Shown here: one piece after another, positions 56,217-64,000 of the stretch
Layout of the letters: every line of letters begins with the position of its first letter
Position numbering within the stretch: position 1 is the stretch's first letter
Assembly (NCBI GenBank): GCA_964016885.1
Contig: OZ024762.1
Location: 24,676,001-24,740,000, forward strand
From: Eledone cirrhosa
Lineage: Eukaryota
DNA length: 64,000 nucleotides
Direction of reading: 5' to 3'
Translations under genes and position numbers: made by a program
Notes under the pieces: generated by a model
Told to the model about the DNA's origin: nothing
Database searches by the model: none
What the model saw: only the letters and a program-made list of their open reading frames with translations

Positions 56217-56697
56217 TCACATATATACAAACAAAACTGTTTGTGGGAACGAGACATAAACATACTTATATATTCCACTTTTCATTTACTGTTTCTACAG
56301 CCCCTTCCCATCCACCCTTCATTTTCTCACCTTTGTTTACCTGCCACAAATAATCTGTGACTACACACACACGTACTATATTTATATACATATATATACA
56401 TTTATATATACATACATATATATACATCCATATACATATATATATCCATACATATACATATAGACATATGCATACATATATATACATCCATATACATATA
56501 TATATCCATACATATACATATAGACATATGCATACATATATATATATATAAATACATATATACACACACATATATATATACTTGTTTATTATTACGACAG
56601 ATTAACGTTTATACTGAAAGTTTATATATATATATTATATATAATCCTTATCGAGACTCCCCATTTTGGTCTTCATAAATTAGTATTACCATATAGG

Positions 56698-56787
<90 letters not shown>

Positions 56788-57086
56788 TGTGTGTACATAC
56801 ACATATTGGCTGAAAACAGATTTGTTTTTCTCATAATACAATGTTCCTCTTTTCCCTGCCTATCTTTCTATTTTATACTATATTTTCCCTTCTATCTCCT
56901 GATGAAGGACTAGTTTCCGAAACATTAAAAACAATCTTCATACTATATCAAGCGTTAATATGATATCTTTCTTCAGTGTACTATCTTGTTTGCTTTGTTA
57001 TTTCTAATTGATATTTCCATATATATATATATACATACATATATATATATATATATACATAAATATAAGTAGAAACACAAGAGTTT

Positions 57087-57225
57087 GTTCACCATACCGG
57101 AAACAATTGTTTCACCTTTGCGGATCTTCAGCTCTCAATGGTCATGGTTAAACGGAACAGGAAACCATGACCAGTTCAAGCTGAAGATCCGCTAAGGTGA
57201 AACAATTGTTCTCGGTATGGTGAAC
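57087..57225. mobile_element. Fold-back with a minimal hammerhead (57179-57212, plus)
   Basis: CTGAAGA-tcc gctaa ggt-GAAA-caattg-TT; inverted copy at 57087-57133. Confidence 0.75.
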
Positions 57226-57604
57226 TAACTGTTGTTTCTTCTCCGACCAAACCCGTCCCATGGACTGAGTGCTCTATCACTACGGATATAACCCTTCAGT
57301 GTTCTAACCCCCCCCCCCCCTCCCTCTCTCTCTCTCTCTCCATATATATATATATATATAGGATAATGTAATGCAGCTAGATGTTGTGAGTACTCTTTTT
57401 TTAGGATAGCTTTAAGGTACGGCGTTGTAGCGATACCAGTGCCTTGTGTTATACACACATCAGCATTGTGATGATTTGACCAGGCAAACACTGTGTATAT
57501 ATAACGATCAGCGGCTTTTAGACTCACCTGATTAATGAAACAATTGTTAATACTGTAAATAAATACTTTCTGTACACAGCCGACCATGTTATTCTTCATT
57601 CTTC

Positions 57605-57685
<81 letters not shown>

Positions 57686-57694
57686 TATATATCT

Positions 57695-57744
57695 AAGTAT
57701 GTATATATGTATACGTACATACATATATGTATACAGACGTACAC

Positions 57745-57785
<41 letters not shown>

Positions 57786-58661
57786 CACGCACACATATAT
57801 ACATGCACGTATCGGTTTACCGAACATTTATTATAATGCTCGGTTTGTTTGTTTGTAAACAAACAAACAGCCCGAATTACGCCGTACAGTGTTTAGGCAA
57901 CCACGTCACCTTTTTGTTCAACACTGACACAGGAACGATGTACTAGTTTCAAGCTTATTAGCTATCGTCAGCATCGTATACCTTCCTGCCAGATGGTTGA
58001 ACGTCTGAAAGTATATACTTTCCTTATGCATATTAACGGCTGAGCAGCCTAATTTGCATATCGAGTGAGTTCAGTCGGCCGGGCACACCGAAAACGATAA
58101 ATGGAATAGAATGAAAGGAAATTTCATTTCTCACTCTTAGTACGGCACTTACTTAAATGTAAGTATTTATATATGTATACGTACATACATATATGTATAC
58201 AGACATACAGTAGTATGTATATATATACATACATGCACACATATATATATGCACGTATCGGTTTACCGAATATTTATTATAATGCTCGGTTTGTTTGTTT
58301 GTAAACAAAGAGCCCGAATTACGCCGTACAGTGTTTAGGCAACCACGTCACCTTTTTGTTCAATACTGACACAGGAACGATGTACTAGTTTCAAGCTTAC
58401 TAGCTATCGTGCCGTGGTTGCCTAAACACTGTACGGCGTAATTCGGGCTGTTTGTTTGTTTACAAACAAACAAACCGAGCATTATAATAAATGTTCGGTA
58501 AACCGATACCTGAATGTATATATGTGTGCATGTATATATATATATACATACTACTGTACGTCTGTATACATATATGTATGTACGTATACATATATACATA
58601 CTTACATTTAAGTAAGTGCCGTACTAAGAGTGAGAAATGAAATTTCGTTTCATTCTATTCC

Positions 58662-58665
<4 letters not shown>
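57695..58665. mobile_element. Tandem plus inverted pLTR arrangement; hammerhead at 57936-57976 (minus)
   Basis: Direct copies 57695-58043 and 58098-58410, inverted copy 58413-58665. Confidence 0.85.
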
Positions 58666-58728
<63 letters not shown>

Positions 58729-59344
58729 CAATTGTGCACACGAGAAAACGGACCTAACTGCTAAACGAATACAAACGTTTGTTCTCCTCATCAACCATTC
58801 ACAGGGAATACAATTTCGTACGTTAGTGTGGAATGTATTGTTATAGCCAGGGCGTACATCGCATAAGACAATGCAACTAAATAACACACATATATGCATA
58901 CGTTCGCTCGCATCACTCGATGATGGTAAAACCTTACCAGAGGTATATCTGCATACTTGCATAATAACTACACATCATAATTGTATGAGCATCTGATGAT
59001 GCCACGTGGAGACTGTCAATGATATAATCATTGCATAACCATGCCATAGAAATATATATTATGCAGTAAAATAATTATGTAAAGTAACTATCTTAACAAA
59101 AAGTTCTCCAGCCTGTCGGCCGGACAACGAGACAAATTGACCCTTAAGTTTTATTTATGGTGTTTTCACATGGATTAGATTTACTTCCATAAGTATGGCG
59201 TCTTCTTTGCCGTCCTCCCGCGGCAATATCTTCTCCAGCCTGTCCGGCAATGAAAAAGACTGACCCTAAAGTTCCGTTTATGGTGGTGTGGAATGTGGAT
59301 TAAATTTACTTTCATAAGCATAATTAGTGAAAACATTTAGTAGT

Positions 59345-60140
59345 AACTCTCTTCTCCCCCTCTCTCAATATATGTAACTTACTCTCTTCCCCCTCTCTCA
59401 ATATATAACTTGTTCTTTCCTCTTTTTCTCAATATATACATAACTTACTCTCTTTACCCCTCTCTATATACATAAGTTATTCTCCCCCCTCTCTCAATAT
59501 ATACATAACTGTTTCTACTTTAGGCACAAGGCCAGCAATTATCTAGTACATTACTGGTACTTTATTTTATCGACCCCGTAAGGATGAAAGGCAAAGTTAA
59601 CCTCGGCGGGATTTGAACTCAGACTGTAAAGGGACGTAACTATGCTAGAATGCATGGCGTCCAACCCTCTACCGATACTGCCAATTCACCGCCCTTATAT
59701 ACATAACTTACTCTCAATATATACATAACTTACTCTCTTTTCCCTCACTCACTACATACATAACTTACTCTCTCCCCCTTTCTAAATATTTGCATGTTAC
59801 TCTCCCCGTCTTTCACAATATATGTACGTGACTCGTCTCCCTCTCTCAATATATACATAACTTACTCTCTTTTCCCCCCTCTCTCGATATACATAATTTA
59901 TTCTCATCTCATCTCTCATTATATAACTTACTATTTTCCCCCTCACTCACTATGTAACTTACTCTCTTCCCCTCTCTCTATATACACATAACTTATTTTT
60001 TCCCCCTCTGTCAATATATGTACGTAACTCTCTTCTCCCTCTCTGACTATAGGCATCTTACTCTCTCACCCTCTCTCAATATATACATAACTTACTCTCT
60101 TCCCCCTCTCTCACTATATCTACCTTATTCTCTCCCCCAC
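59345..60140 (+). repeat. Degenerate ~35-40-bp minisatellite interrupted by a family A SINE (59510-59694, minus)
   Basis: Recurring acataacttactctc..ccctctctcaatatat; SINE in reverse orientation. Confidence 0.8.
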
Positions 60141-60439
60141 TCACAATAGCTGTAAAATAACGATATGATTTATATAAATATCGAAATGAAAAAAAAAATG
60201 TAAAAGAGAAAAAAAATGAAGAAAAAGAAAGTGAGGACAAAGCAACATACAGCAGTCCCCAGTCCCAAGCGCGGCATGACTTAGCTGGGCCCCGCAGATA
60301 AAATGGCGATGGTGTTGGCTTGGGGGGAAAGACTGCAACAGGATTAGTTTTGTTTTACTAGCTGAGTTATATAGTTGCCACTAGCTACCTTATACTATCA
60401 CATACTTATACACACACACACATATATATATATACACAC

Positions 60440-60618
<179 letters not shown>

Positions 60619-60631
60619 CATATATATATAC

Positions 60632-60808
<177 letters not shown>

Positions 60809-60835
60809 CATATATATATATACATATACATATAC

Positions 60836-60866
<31 letters not shown>

Positions 60867-60903
60867 CATATACATATACATATATATATACATATATATA
60901 TAC

Positions 60904-60952
<49 letters not shown>

Positions 60953-60965
60953 CATATATATATAC

Positions 60966-61012
<47 letters not shown>

Positions 61013-61029
61013 CATATATATATACATAC

Positions 61030-61080
<51 letters not shown>

Positions 61081-61085
61081 CATAC

Positions 61086-61136
<51 letters not shown>

Positions 61137-61140
61137 CATG

Positions 61141-61263
<123 letters not shown>

Positions 61264-61268
61264 CATAC

Positions 61269-61319
<51 letters not shown>

Positions 61320-61484
61320 CATACATATATATATATACATACATATATATATATATATACATATATATACATATACATATATATACATATATATACATAT
61401 ACATATATATACATATACATATATATATATACATATATATATATACATATATATACATATACATATATATATATATACATATAC

Positions 61485-61537
<53 letters not shown>

Positions 61538-61622
61538 CATACATATATATATATACATACATATATATATATACATATATACATATATATATATATATAC
61601 ATACATATATATATATACATAC

Positions 61623-61677
<55 letters not shown>

Positions 61678-61682
61678 CATAC

Positions 61683-61819
<137 letters not shown>

Positions 61820-61926
61820 CATATATATATACATACATATATATATACATATATATATATATATACATATATATATACATATATATATATACATATATAT
61901 ATATACATATATATATATATACATAC

Positions 61927-61961
<35 letters not shown>

Positions 61962-62142
61962 CACATATATATATATATATATATAGAATCTTTAAGTATC
62001 GAGAGAGAGAAAAAAAAGATAGGTGATACATATATTTTTAGTTGCCAATAGTTTGTGCAAGTGTGCTCAATACTCGTGCCTACACGGTTAAATATTAGAA
62101 GCGTTAATATTTAGTGGGCGAGAAAATAAGCAGAGCGGTTAC

Positions 62143-62456
62143 GAAAGAAATGAATAAAAAGGAGTAAAAACCGTTAAAACATGTTTATATAACAATGCAC
62201 CTACGTATGTTTTGGAGGAACAAGATTATTCAAGCACCGGACAGAGTTGCTCCCCTCTTCTCTGTGACAATAACAACACATGTACTCAAGTGAAGAATGA
62301 ATTCCGATGTGAATTTAACCTTAAAGCCCCTCCTGGATCGCGTACTGATCATTTTTTTGTTTTCTATGCCACTGAGAAGCCCGTTCTGGGCGAAACGTAC
62401 GTAGGTACATTGTTATATAAACATGTTTTAACGGTATATACTCCTTTGTATTCATT

Positions 62457-62460
<4 letters not shown>
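62143..62460. mobile_element. Inverted-arm element with a hammerhead-like motif (62367-62407, plus)
   Basis: ctgagaa-gccc gttct gggc-GAAA-cgtacg-TA; arms 62143-62210 and 62392-62460; core deviates from CUGANGA. Confidence 0.65.
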
Positions 62461-62535
<75 letters not shown>

Positions 62536-62665
62536 AGTTAAGCAAAACAAGAGCACAAATTTCACAAGGAAGACATTATTAAAAGATTGTCAACATATTT
62601 TAGTTTGATGTAAGGAATGTAGAGCATAATAATAATAATATTAATAATAATAATGATGTCCGTTT

Positions 62666-62714
<49 letters not shown>

Positions 62715-62755
62715 ATATATATATAAATATTTAAAGTATATTAAACAAAACAATA

Positions 62756-62807
62756 TAATTACCTCATTACCAGAGGTTTAAATAAACCTCTGGTAATGAG
62801 GTAATTA
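62756..62807. repeat. Perfect 25-bp palindrome with a 2-nt loop
   Basis: taattacctcattaccagaggttta-aa-taaacctctggtaatgaggtaatta. Confidence 0.9.
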
Positions 62808-62833
62808 AATTGTATTGTTTATTATACATTAAA

Positions 62834-62877
<44 letters not shown>

Positions 62878-62922
62878 CATATATTTATACATACGTATAT
62901 ACATACATACATATATACATAT

Positions 62923-62954
<32 letters not shown>

Positions 62955-63213
62955 GCAGAAGTTATATTTAATTTGTTGGGATTCCAACAAGCTTAACAGT
63001 TTATACCTTATATAAAGCAATCAACAGACTCTGGAGTAAATATTCAATATATTAATAAATGGATACTATATTTATAGACCAATAATTATTTTATTATATA
63101 TATTTCAAGGGCAACCAAAGCAGTCTTATATAATATAATATAATAAAATATTATATATATATAATAAAATTATTATGGTTTTATAAATATAATTTCCATT
63201 TATTAATATATTG

Positions 63214-63281
<68 letters not shown>

Positions 63282-63309
63282 GTATTTATATATATATATA
63301 TATATATGG

Positions 63310-63915
63310 TGGTTGCCAACTAGTTTTCGAGTACGGCCACTATTTTATATCCATGTAGGAGAACTCCTACCGATGCGCTGAACGAGTGTGGCTTTTTAGT
63401 CCAGCCAGCGACTTGAAAACTCTGGTACAAACACTACACTTGTGACCACTATTGACACATAGTGCTGGGCCCATGGTACCATGTGATGACAAGTGCAGAG
63501 AGATCTCCAGATATAAAGCAATGCCTGTGCTGTGAAGCTTTTATAGTGAGCAAAGGCACTGCACAAAGCCAGTCCCACTCTCTTAATCAAGATGATATTT
63601 ACCAAAAATAAGAACAAGTCAACATCATTGGATACCATTAGGGTTGCAAGTGTTATATCAGAGTTTTCCTCGTCCTAGAATTCTGCCTTGACAAAGGGTA
63701 AGGGGTCATCTTTCCCGCTGATTTTGGATGGCCATTGACTCTTAAGAGCTCCTTTGCCCTTTGACAGGTTTTGTTTTTAGTCCTGCAGGATGTCCAAAGT
63801 CACCCACCTCACTAAGAAACCTTGGTCGGGTTGCCAGTTTAGTCGCCAACGACCCGACCATGAGACAGGTTGTACTGGGATACATGTTACCAGTAGCACC
63901 AACTGGTAACCTGAC
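63310..63915. mobile_element. Unclassified GC-richer interspersed repeat, possibly a LINE UTR
   Basis: Non-simple block between microsatellites with a hairpin (ggtcgggt..acccgacc); no convincing ORF. Confidence 0.3.
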
Positions 63916-64000
63916 ATACATACATAGATACATACATACATAGATACATACATACATATACATACATCCATATATACATATATATATATATAAGCAAAAG

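Noticed and set aside
58990-59022. Additional hammerhead (ctgatgatgccacgtggagactgtc)
   Set aside because: The GAAA core is missing; too degenerate to call
63815-63865. HDV-like ribozyme
   Set aside because: Only a simple hairpin could be drawn; the nested double pseudoknot could not be built

Overview
This is eukaryotic, AT-rich, microsatellite-saturated DNA, not prokaryotic. The SINE families and (TA)n density suggest a cephalopod, probably an octopod; that is inference only. No complete host gene is visible, and nearly all listed ORFs are translations of (TA)n/(TG)n/(CA)n tracts. Recognisable content: a frameshifted L1/Tx1-type LINE (34.8-38.4 kb); three Penelope-like (PLE) GIY-YIG remnants; two copies of an internally deleted mariner with ~103-bp TIRs; CRE/REL and CR1-like LINE ends; Helitron-like fragments; about 20 tRNA-derived SINEs of two families; a deleted U6 copy fused to a SINE; and several minisatellites. 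The most striking hidden structure is about 20 hammerhead-ribozyme cores, read by eye. They sit in at least 8 unrelated short element families next to (TA)n tracts, and these elements are usually arranged as fold-back inverted duplications, as expected for PLE pseudo-LTRs. Coordinates were read manually and are approximate to a few bases. Folds and family assignments were not computed.
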